Positions 22,172 to 32,097 of a stretch of 64,000 nt of DNA are shown here, piece by piece. Position 1 is the first letter of the stretch, and the number at the start of each line of letters is the position of its first letter. The stretch is taken from positions 581-64,580 of the forward strand of contig JADFNG010000004.1 of NCBI GenBank assembly GCA_022563505.1. Reading direction: 5' to 3'. Position numbers and translations under genes: made by a program. Source of the DNA: Pseudomonadota bacterium. Its GTDB lineage: Bacteria > Pseudomonadota > Gammaproteobacteria > Steroidobacterales > Woeseiaceae. The notes below the pieces were generated by a model. The model was given only the letters and a program-made list of their open reading frames with translations. It ran no database searches and was not told the DNA's origin.

Positions 22172-23077
22172 TCAGGTGTCGGTATTTTCGGTTGCTCCGA
22201 TATCGTCATCGGTGACCAGATGCACTGACGAAGCCGCACGTATATGAAGTGGCGCATACGCTTCTGCTTGCACTACCTCAATCGTCGTCAATCGTAATAG
22301 TTCAAGAAGCGCGAGAAAGGTCACAGCCACACCCATACGGCCTTCCTCAGGATCGAACAGATCGGCAAATTCGCAAAAAGCACCCGCTTTGATGCGACTG
22401 AGAATCTCAGACATTCGTTGTCGCACCGACAGCGGCTCGCGCTGCATGTGCAGGTTCGAATACATTGCTGCACGTTTTAGCACATCGTGAAAAGAGAGCA
22501 GCAAGTCCTTTAATGTAACATCCGGCAATTTCACCGACACTTTGCGTTCGGGCGCCTCAACGTTGGCCACATATACGTCCCGTTCCAGGCGTGGCAGATC
22601 GCTGAGATCTTCGGCTGCTTTCTTGTAGCGTTCGTATTCCTGCAATCGCCGCACCAGTTCAGCGCGTGGGTCTTCCTCTTCCTCATGTTCCGTCTCGGGT
22701 CGCGGCAGGAGCATGCGTGATTTTATTTCTGCGAGCATTGCCGCCATGAGCAGATACTCACCGGCCAACTCCAGCTGCATCTCATCCATCATCTCGATGT
22801 ACTCGACGTACTGGCGGGTAATTTCCGCGACCGGAATATCAAGAATATCGAGATTCTGACGCCGAATCAGGTACAGCAACAGATCGAGCGGGCCTTCGAA
22901 GGCCTCCAGAAAAACCTGCAGTGCCTGCGGTGGAATGTACAAATCCTGTGGCAGTTGCGTGAGTGGCTCGCCATCAACCACCGCAAACGGCATTTCGCCT
23001 TGCGCGGGTAGCGGCTGCCTTTCCGAGGGCGGCTTGGGCACGTCTTCGCTCGTGAGTACGGTGAGTTCAGGTTTCAT
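22172..23077 (-). CDS. scpA: segregation and condensation protein A
   Basis: FEGPLDLLLYLIRRQNLDILDIPVAEITRQY is the kleisin N-terminal signature. Confidence 0.85.
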   Translation of the reverse strand: MKPELTVLTSEDVPKPPSERQPLPAQGEMPFAVVDGEPLTQLPQDLYIPPQALQVFLEAFEGPLDLLLYLIRRQNLDILDIPVAEITRQYVEYIEMMDEMQLELAGEYLLMAAMLAEIKSRMLLPRPETEHEEEEDPRAELVRRLQEYERYKKAAEDLSDLPRLERDVYVANVEAPERKVSVKLPDVTLKDLLLSFHDVLKRAAMYSNLHMQREPLSVRQRMSEILSRIKAGAFCEFADLFDPEEGRMGVAVTFLALLELLRLTTIEVVQAEAYAPLHIRAASSVHLVTDDDIGATENTDT

Positions 23078-23157
23078 GGATAATCCGGATGGAGTCGGTG
23101 TATTTTAGCGTAATTCGAATGCTTGGCGGCAAGATGTTTGCAACATGCTCAGGCCTG

Positions 23158-23778
23158 CTATTGCAGGCCACTGACATCGCCCCGACCAACACGCAAGACT
23201 TCCACCGTACCCGACGACAGGTCGATGACGCTCGTCGGTTCGATACCCATCGGACCGGCATCCACAATGATCTCAATAGCATGGCCGATGCGCTCCTCGA
23301 TTTCCATGATATCTGAAACGGGCACGTCATCCCCAGGCAGCAATAGTGTGGAACTCATGATGGGCTCACCCAACGCCTCCAGCATGGCATGTACAATCGC
23401 GTTATCGGGCACGCGCAGGCCAATAGTCCGGCGTTTTGGATGTTGCAGTCGATTTGGCACTTCGCGAGTTGCCTGCAATATAAACGTATAGGGCCCGGGC
23501 GTCAGCGATTTGAGCAGACGGTATGCCCAATTGTCCACGCGGGCATACAGACTAATCTCTGAAAGATCGCTGCAGACCAGCGTGAAATTATGGTGCTTGT
23601 CTGTTTGCCGGATGCGTCGAATGCGATCCATCGCCCGCTTGTCGCCGATATGGCAGCCAAAGGCACCGCTGGAATCCGTTGGATAAGCCACCAGGCCACC
23701 AGCGCGGATCGCGGCCACTACTTCAGCAATGCGGCGCGGCTGCGGATCCGTTGGGTGCATTTCGACAATTCTTGCCAT
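23158..23778 (-). CDS. yciO: YciO (Sua5/YciO/YrdC family, threonylcarbamoyl-AMP synthase-like)
   Basis: Collinear with E. coli YciO as I recall it (GGLVAYPTDS..., HNFTLVCSDLSEIS, TIGLRVPDN, ALGEPIMSSTLLLPG). The start is set at the internal ATG 23778. Confidence 0.8.
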   Translation of the reverse strand: MARIVEMHPTDPQPRRIAEVVAAIRAGGLVAYPTDSSGAFGCHIGDKRAMDRIRRIRQTDKHHNFTLVCSDLSEISLYARVDNWAYRLLKSLTPGPYTFILQATREVPNRLQHPKRRTIGLRVPDNAIVHAMLEALGEPIMSSTLLLPGDDVPVSDIMEIEERIGHAIEIIVDAGPMGIEPTSVIDLSSGTVEVLRVGRGDVSGLQ

Positions 23779-23891
23779 ACGCGGATTGTATAGACTTCGA
23801 CACGGCGCCGAGCTACTTTTGAGCCAATTCGACAGCCGCCGAATTTGCGTTATCATGCGTCACCCTTTTCTGGCCGGGCCGGTTTATCTCC

Positions 23892-24449
23892 ATGCAGCTA
23901 CTCATTGACTACATCCCCATAGTCATCTTCATCATTGCCTATTTTTTCAAAGACATTTTCTTTGCAACAGCGGTACTCATGGCCGCAATGCCGGTGGTAC
24001 TGATCGTGCAATGGCTCATGACTCGCAAGATAAACAAGATTTACCTGGCATCGACAGCACTGGTTCTGGTACTGGGAAGCGCGACCCTGTACTACCGGAA
24101 TGCCACTTTTCTGTACTGGAAACCCACCGTCCTGAACTGGGCGTTTGCGATGGCATTTCTCGGCAGTCAGTGGATCGGAGATAAGCCCTTCGTCCAGCGC
24201 ATGCTCGGCAGTGCTGCCGAACTCAGCCGAACTCAATGGAATCGCCTGAATCTGATGTGGGTCGGGTTCTTCATCTTTGTGGGTGGCGTCAATATCTACA
24301 TTGCCTACAACTTTTCCGAAGCATTCTGGGTCAAGTTCAAATTATTTGGCATGTTGGGCCTGACGCTGCTGTTCGTCATCGTACAAAGCATCTGGCTCAC
24401 GATGGCGACGAAGGACAGCGAGCCAGCCGCCGAAGATTCCGAGCACTGA
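23892..24449 (+). CDS. yciB: intracellular septation protein A
   Basis: [20 protein letters not shown]-terminus and five TM helices, followed by yciI. Confidence 0.85.
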   Translation: MQLLIDYIPIVIFIIAYFFKDIFFATAVLMAAMPVVLIVQWLMTRKINKIYLASTALVLVLGSATLYYRNATFLYWKPTVLNWAFAMAFLGSQWIGDKPFVQRMLGSAAELSRTQWNRLNLMWVGFFIFVGGVNIYIAYNFSEAFWVKFKLFGMLGLTLLFVIVQSIWLTMATKDSEPAAEDSEH

Positions 24450-24451
24450 GC

Positions 24452-24751
24452 ATGTGGTATGCCATCATCAGTGAGGATGTGGAAAACAGCCTCGACTTGC
24501 GAATTCGCTCGCGCGCTGCACATCTGGCACGACTCAAGACGCTGGCTGACGAGGGACGTGTGTTGATCGCCGGCCCACACCCGGCAAGCGATCGCGATGA
24601 CGCCGGCCCGGAGGGTTTCACCGGCAGCCTTGTGGTCGTTGACTTCCCGTCTCTGGAGGAAGCGCAAGCCTGGGCAGACGTTGACCCTTACACCGCTGCC
24701 GGCGTCTATGCAAAAGTCACCGTCAAACCCTTCAAACTTGTCCTGCCATGA
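24452..24751 (+). CDS. yciI: YciI-family protein
   Basis: [28 protein letters not shown]...[20 protein letters not shown]; 99 aa. ATG at 24452, 3 nt after the yciB stop. Confidence 0.8.
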   Translation: MWYAIISEDVENSLDLRIRSRAAHLARLKTLADEGRVLIAGPHPASDRDDAGPEGFTGSLVVVDFPSLEEAQAWADVDPYTAAGVYAKVTVKPFKLVLP

Positions 24752-25020
24752 GTTCGGATCGACAAAATCAGATTCGGCAATGCCTGGAAGCACGTTTCTC
24801 TCCGCAAGAACTTCTTGTTAAAGACCAGAGTCATTTGCATGCAGGACATGCAGGCGCCAAAGATGGTCGCGGTCATTTTGACGTGACCATCGTTGCGGAA
24901 GAATTTACCGGCAAGAGCCGTCTCGAACGTCACAGGATGGTTTACGGCGCGCTAGGCAACTTGCTAGAGTCCGATATCCACGCACTCCGCATTAAGGCGC
25001 TGACGCCCTCCGAGCGGTAA
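24748..25020 (+). CDS. BolA-family protein
   Basis: [13 protein letters not shown]...[27 protein letters not shown] matches the BolA fold signature. Confidence 0.8.
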   Translation: MSSDRQNQIRQCLEARFSPQELLVKDQSHLHAGHAGAKDGRGHFDVTIVAEEFTGKSRLERHRMVYGALGNLLESDIHALRIKALTPSER

Positions 25021-25070
25021 ACTCGCCGCCTGCATCCCGATTTTTGGCAAATTTTAAGGAAATATCCACA

Positions 25071-25877
25071 ATGCATTACATGATCGGTGCCACTCGCGTC
25101 GGAGCACGACTCCCGTCCCTCACGGCCGCGTTTCTGATCGCGCTTGTTGCGACCAATGTAAATGCCGAGACAGTAAAAACCGTCAATGGAACCCCAATCG
25201 ACAGTTCTGTGGTCGATTTCTATCTGCAATCGCGCACGCAACGACCTGTAGTACAAATCACGGACGCGGAGCGGACAAGCTTGCTGGAGGAACTGACCAA
25301 CATTTATCTGCTCTCAAGCGACGAGCAAGCCGCAGAGGTCACCAAAGACCCGAAGGTCAAGGCACAACTGGAGCTTCAACGTCGTGGTGTCATCGCCCAG
25401 ATAGTAGCGAGCAAGTTTTTTGAGGGTGTAAACGTCACGGAAGAAGAGATTCTCGCGGCATACGATGTCCAGGCGGCCAAAGCTCCTCCGCTGCAATTTA
25501 AGGCACGTCACATACTGCTCGAGAGTCAGGGCGAAGCGATTGCAGTGATTGGCGAGTTGGATATCGGTGGCAAATTTGAAGACCTCGCAAAAGAACGTTC
25601 AACAGGCCCCTCCGGATCCAGCGGTGGCGACCTGGGCTGGTTCTCGCCCAATCAGATGGTCAAATCTTTTTCAGATGCCGTTGAAGCGCTGGAAGACGGC
25701 AAGTACACCACTAGCCCGGTACAAACAGAATTCGGCTGGCATGTCATCTTTCGAGAGGAATCACGGCAGACTGAAGCACCTACTTTGGATGGTGTCCGCG
25801 AGATCATCGTCCAAAACATACAGCAAGATAAATTCAAGCAGTACCTGGAAAGCCTGCGCTCAAGTGTGACGGAATAA
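25071..25877 (+). CDS. secreted PpiC/parvulin-type peptidyl-prolyl isomerase
   Basis: Signal peptide and parvulin domain (KARHILLESQGEA...GGDLGWFSPNQMVKSFSDAV). ATG 25044 is an alternative start. Confidence 0.8.
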   Translation: MHYMIGATRVGARLPSLTAAFLIALVATNVNAETVKTVNGTPIDSSVVDFYLQSRTQRPVVQITDAERTSLLEELTNIYLLSSDEQAAEVTKDPKVKAQLELQRRGVIAQIVASKFFEGVNVTEEEILAAYDVQAAKAPPLQFKARHILLESQGEAIAVIGELDIGGKFEDLAKERSTGPSGSSGGDLGWFSPNQMVKSFSDAVEALEDGKYTTSPVQTEFGWHVIFREESRQTEAPTLDGVREIIVQNIQQDKFKQYLESLRSSVTE

Positions 25878-25959
25878 GGTGAACTTAACATAAGGAACCT
25901 CTGATCTATTCGTATCTTGGCTCCCAATCTACTTCGTCAATCCATATTCCGTAACGATG

Positions 25960-25985
25960 AAGGGCGCCCCAGGGCGCCCTTTTTC
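25960..25985 (+). terminator. rho-independent terminator of the ppiC-type gene
   Basis: AAGGGCGCC-CCAG-GGCGCCCTT hairpin followed by TTTT. Confidence 0.7.
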
Positions 25986-26120
25986 ATTCGTTCGAATAGA
26001 TATGTGAGGCCGGTCACAGCATTCAATGGCTACTGTGACTATATTGCCCGGGAGTCGCATCTAATCGCTCAGAGGCGGCTTCTCCAACCCTCGCATCTCC
26101 TTTATGTTGATACGAGATCT

Positions 26121-26146
26121 AAGTCGGCATGGACGCCGACTTTTTT
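26121..26146 (+). terminator. second, orphan rho-independent terminator
   Basis: AAGTCGGC-ATGGAC-GCCGACTT hairpin followed by TTTTTT. No annotated plus-strand gene lies between it and the previous terminator. Confidence 0.6.
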
Positions 26147-26180
26147 ATGGCCTCTGTTATCCAGACTATAAATACCAGCC

Positions 26181-26909
26181 TTACGGGCTAGCGATCAACA
26201 GTCTCAGATCCCGATAATTCCTGCCGGTAACAGCAATCTCATCACCAATTTGCGGTGCGCGGCCATTCGACAACATGGCGCTGTAATCGACTGTCATGCC
26301 ACCAATCACTGCCATACCGAACCTGGTATCGACTGCGTCAACGATCCCCCTGAGGAAATCAGGAACGCCGGCATCAACCCCGACTGGCGCCAACTTCATG
26401 ATTTGTGTATCAACAAAACCGCCGGTACCCAAATCGATCGCCCCGTAAATCGCAATCGTCATGCCTGCCGTCAGGCCACCAAATCCAGCACCATTGTCGA
26501 ACACTGTCTGACCCATGACCGATAAGAAGCCGTCGCCGATATAGTCGATTTGGCCGCGTGCTAGTAGGTCAGATTCATTGATGCTGAATCCATCGCTGCC
26601 GTTGATGCTGAACGCATCGCTGCCGTTGATGCTGAACGCATCGCTGCCGTTGATGCTGAACGCATCGCTGCCGTTGATGCTGAATCCATCGCTGCCGTTG
26701 ATGCTGAACGCATCGCTGCCGTTGATGCTGAACGCATCGCTGCCGTTGATGCTGAACGCATCGCTGCCGTTGATGCTCATGCCGTCACTACCATTTATGC
26801 TGGCACTGACACCATTCGTTATCGCAGCATTTGCAAAACTGCTCAGCGCCATCACCAAGCCTACTCCCGCTATCCTTACGATGCGTTTCACAATTTCTCT
26901 ATCGCTCAT
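26181..26909 (-). CDS. secreted protein with about 10 tandem octapeptide repeats (SINGSD[A/G]F) and a Gly-rich C-terminal domain; function unknown
   Basis: Sec-type signal peptide (RIAGVGLVMALSSFANA), then a repeat array, then about 130 aa containing two similar segments (G.V...D....F.V.G..V). No family recognised. Confidence 0.7.
   Translation of the reverse strand: MSDREIVKRIVRIAGVGLVMALSSFANAAITNGVSASINGSDGMSINGSDAFSINGSDAFSINGSDAFSINGSDGFSINGSDAFSINGSDAFSINGSDAFSINGSDGFSINESDLLARGQIDYIGDGFLSVMGQTVFDNGAGFGGLTAGMTIAIYGAIDLGTGGFVDTQIMKLAPVGVDAGVPDFLRGIVDAVDTRFGMAVIGGMTVDYSAMLSNGRAPQIGDEIAVTGRNYRDLRLLIASP
26576..26815. repeat. 24-bp tandem repeat array (9 near-perfect units plus 1 degenerate unit) with a 96-bp higher-order period
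   Basis: Unit GTTGATGCTGAA(C/T)(G/C)CATCGCTGCC repeated head to tail. The variant unit (..GAATCC..) recurs every fourth unit, so a 96-bp block is duplicated exactly. Confidence 0.9.
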
Positions 26910-26974
26910 TACTTTAATTCTCCAACCAATTTTGCTATCGAAAATGGCAGCCTTGCCTTATCCGATAGCTCGCT

Positions 26975-27880
26975 CTATTTTTCTTGCTCCGATTCCCGTG
27001 AAGCAGTTACCTTAATCAGTCCTTCATCGATCAGTAGGTTCTTAAATGACCTTTCTTCTCCAGGCGGACTCAGGTAGTGGTAAATACCGAGTCCGGTTCG
27101 AACAACCCGCTCACCTTTTTTTATGTTTGGCTTTGGCAAATTCGTCAACCAGTTATCCACTTCTTCTAGTAAACTTTGGCATCTAGCTCTTAAGTACTCG
27201 TCAAACTTTGGCAAGTCCTCCAGTCGTATCCCGTGATCAGCCACTACTTCTCTTTCAAATCTCCCTTTACCCGGCGCCAACTTCGTCATATTGAAATCAA
27301 TTGTATTAACAAAATTCCGTATGACGCTTCCTGTTCTTTCGAAGTTATGCACACCTTTGGCCTCAGGTATGTAGTCACGACGAAGAACCCGGAACCACCT
27401 ACCATCGATTTCCCTTACCGCACCAACCCGAACGAGTTCATCCAAAATTGATCGCGGCGACATATCGCCACTGTGCCGCTTGACCAATAGTGAAAATGTC
27501 AATTCACCAGGATTTTCAGCTTCATATTGAAGCTCAAGAGGCATTCCATACGGTCCTGTAAAATCCGGATCCGTATGCCACCCAACTAATACTCGTCCAA
27601 GTCGGTTATAACTTGTCTTAAGCTCATACCCCTCCTTCATTGCATGGTCGATGACTCGCTTAACTTCCTTCCGAGTCAACCCTGTCATGACCGCAATTCT
27701 TGTTCGGGTCGCCCTGCGGCCCAGCACCTTGAAATCCTTAATGGCTACTTCTATGTATACTGCTTTCGCCACCTCCGAGAACTCGGCAAATGAGACTCCC
27801 TGACGTAAGAGAATCCGCACCAATGGCCCCATAAGTACTCGAAATGCTGCAAGCAACGTTTGTTTTACAGAATCTGACAT
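26975..27880 (-). CDS. uncharacterised protein, paralogue A (N-terminal HTH-like segment)
   Basis: 301-aa ORF in an AT-rich context, 65 nt upstream of the repeat-protein gene. It shares N-terminal similarity with 28392..29216 (RIAVMTGLTRKEVKRV vs RVAVMTGLTRKEIRRI; F(S/T)SLVKR(H/S)(S/A)GD(M/I)). Confidence 0.6.
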   Translation of the reverse strand: MSDSVKQTLLAAFRVLMGPLVRILLRQGVSFAEFSEVAKAVYIEVAIKDFKVLGRRATRTRIAVMTGLTRKEVKRVIDHAMKEGYELKTSYNRLGRVLVGWHTDPDFTGPYGMPLELQYEAENPGELTFSLLVKRHSGDMSPRSILDELVRVGAVREIDGRWFRVLRRDYIPEAKGVHNFERTGSVIRNFVNTIDFNMTKLAPGKGRFEREVVADHGIRLEDLPKFDEYLRARCQSLLEEVDNWLTNLPKPNIKKGERVVRTGLGIYHYLSPPGEERSFKNLLIDEGLIKVTASRESEQEK

Positions 27881-27904
27881 ATTTCAACATAATAGCCATA
27901 AGTA

Positions 27905-27969
27905 GGGAATTTATTCCCAAATTATCTCACAGTCAACATTAAGTTAAGTCACCAATGACAATATGTCAT
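27905..27969. promoter_or_regulatory. two perfect palindromes upstream of paralogue A (candidate operators)
   Basis: GGGAAT-TT-ATTCCC (27905-27918) and ATGACA-ATA-TGTCAT (27955-27969), 25-90 nt upstream of the ATG at 27880. Confidence 0.3.
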
Positions 27970-28391
27970 ATTAAATTCAAGGGGTTTCAAGCCAAACCTC
28001 GAAAGCAAGCCACAAATCTATCTGAAAGGCTTGAAAATGATTGTAGTGTTCGAAGATTGTCGACCGATAGAAGAGGGTAATTTTACTTAAAAAACAGCGA
28101 ATTACAGAGCTTATTTCAAGTTGATTATTAAATATTCTTGCTCACTTGATCGTGCTGATGCGGAAAAAGATTACTTGCGGACGAGGAACATGGATAGAGC
28201 ATCACATGAAAAGTCAATCTCAGAACAAATGAATAGTTCGGAAGCAGTAACGCAAGGAATTGCGCACTCATGCAATAGGCAGGGTAGATTACTGGGCCTA
28301 ACAGGTCGGAATAGCGTTACTGGGAAATTATGTGCTGCAGAATGCAGCGCGGCAGACCCAAAGAACTGAAATGATCCGTTGGCATTGCCTG

Positions 28392-29216
28392 TTATTTCAT
28401 TTCGTAATAAAAGACGCCAAGTCCAACTGAGGAATATTCGTTCTTGGTATTTTCTACATCCGCTGAATGCAATGTTTCATAGGCCACAAACAAATCATCA
28501 ATCGATTCGGTAAGGTCTTCTAATCGATCACGACTAACTCGCCTAATTCTGGTTAGATCTTCATTTCGAATAGAACGAGTCGAAACTGTACGTTGTATCC
28601 ATAAATCATCGTCATTTTCTGACTCGGCATTATGGGCAATTGCGGTGGCAAGAGGATAGATACCTCGTACCAAGCCAGTAATTAGCTTGTCATGAGAATC
28701 TTTTGCCAGCGCCCCACGAGCTAACGGGCGAAGCAACCCTTCTGGCGTTTCTTCGATCGCACCGGTCCGCTTCAGTTCCGTACGCAAGGCACCAGGGGGA
28801 ATATCACCCGCTGAGCGTTTTACTAATGATGTGAATGAAGTCGAAGTCGTATCTGAATCAAAAGGGAGGTCTAAAGGATACCCAAATTCACTCAAAAATG
28901 TCTTGTCCGAGTACCAACGGTGCAACACCTCTCCTAGAGGCGTCGATCTCGCCACCACAGATTCCTCGCCGCCGGCAATCTTATCCCGGATTCTTCTGAT
29001 CTCTTTTCTGGTAAGCCCCGTCATTACCGCTACACGAGAAATATTAGTTGGCCGGCCTCTGAGTCCATAGTCTTTCGTTGCTACATCAACAAAAGCAGAT
29101 TTTGAAATTTCATTAAACTCACGATAGCCAATGCCACTGCGCAGGAGCATCTTCGCTATCGGTCTGAGTGCTACCAACAGCGCGCTTAGAACTTGACGTT
29201 GAACGGAATCCTTCAT
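28392..29216 (-). CDS. uncharacterised protein, paralogue B (N-terminal HTH-like segment)
   Basis: 274-aa ORF, AT-rich. By eye about 35-40% identical to paralogue A over the first ~150 aa. Confidence 0.6.
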   Translation of the reverse strand: MKDSVQRQVLSALLVALRPIAKMLLRSGIGYREFNEISKSAFVDVATKDYGLRGRPTNISRVAVMTGLTRKEIRRIRDKIAGGEESVVARSTPLGEVLHRWYSDKTFLSEFGYPLDLPFDSDTTSTSFTSLVKRSAGDIPPGALRTELKRTGAIEETPEGLLRPLARGALAKDSHDKLITGLVRGIYPLATAIAHNAESENDDDLWIQRTVSTRSIRNEDLTRIRRVSRDRLEDLTESIDDLFVAYETLHSADVENTKNEYSSVGLGVFYYEMK

Positions 29217-29248
29217 GGGCGCGAAATATATGTAGGTTGCTGATATCG

Positions 29249-29263
29249 GTCAATAAAATTGAC
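29249..29263. promoter_or_regulatory. perfect palindrome upstream of paralogue B (candidate operator)
   Basis: GTCAAT-AAA-ATTGAC, 33-47 nt upstream of the ATG at 29216. Confidence 0.3.
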
Positions 29264-29390
29264 TGATTGGGAAAAATGGCCCAAGTTTCCCCCTCATCTG
29301 GTCGAGAAATGATCTTTATATCTGGCCAGTTTGCCTAGTTACGGATGTTGATTTCATTGGATATTATCGTACGACTTCACAGCTTGCCGG

Positions 29391-32073
<2,683 letters not shown>

Positions 32074-32097
32074 AACGAATTCCGCTTGATCCCCGCT

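Noticed and set aside
26576-26815. Possible CRISPR array
   Set aside because: The units are contiguous with no spacers, are 24 bp long, lie in frame within a CDS, and no cas genes are present.
26578-27015. 145-aa plus-strand ORF reading the tandem array as (MLNASLPL)n
   Set aside because: It is the opposite strand of the repeat array. The minus-strand frame has a signal peptide and a continuous 242-aa ORF with a sensible C-terminal domain.
28121-28369. 82-aa plus-strand ORF in the AT-rich spacer
   Set aside because: It has no clear RBS and no motif, and it lies on the opposite strand from all neighbours. Evidence is insufficient to call it.
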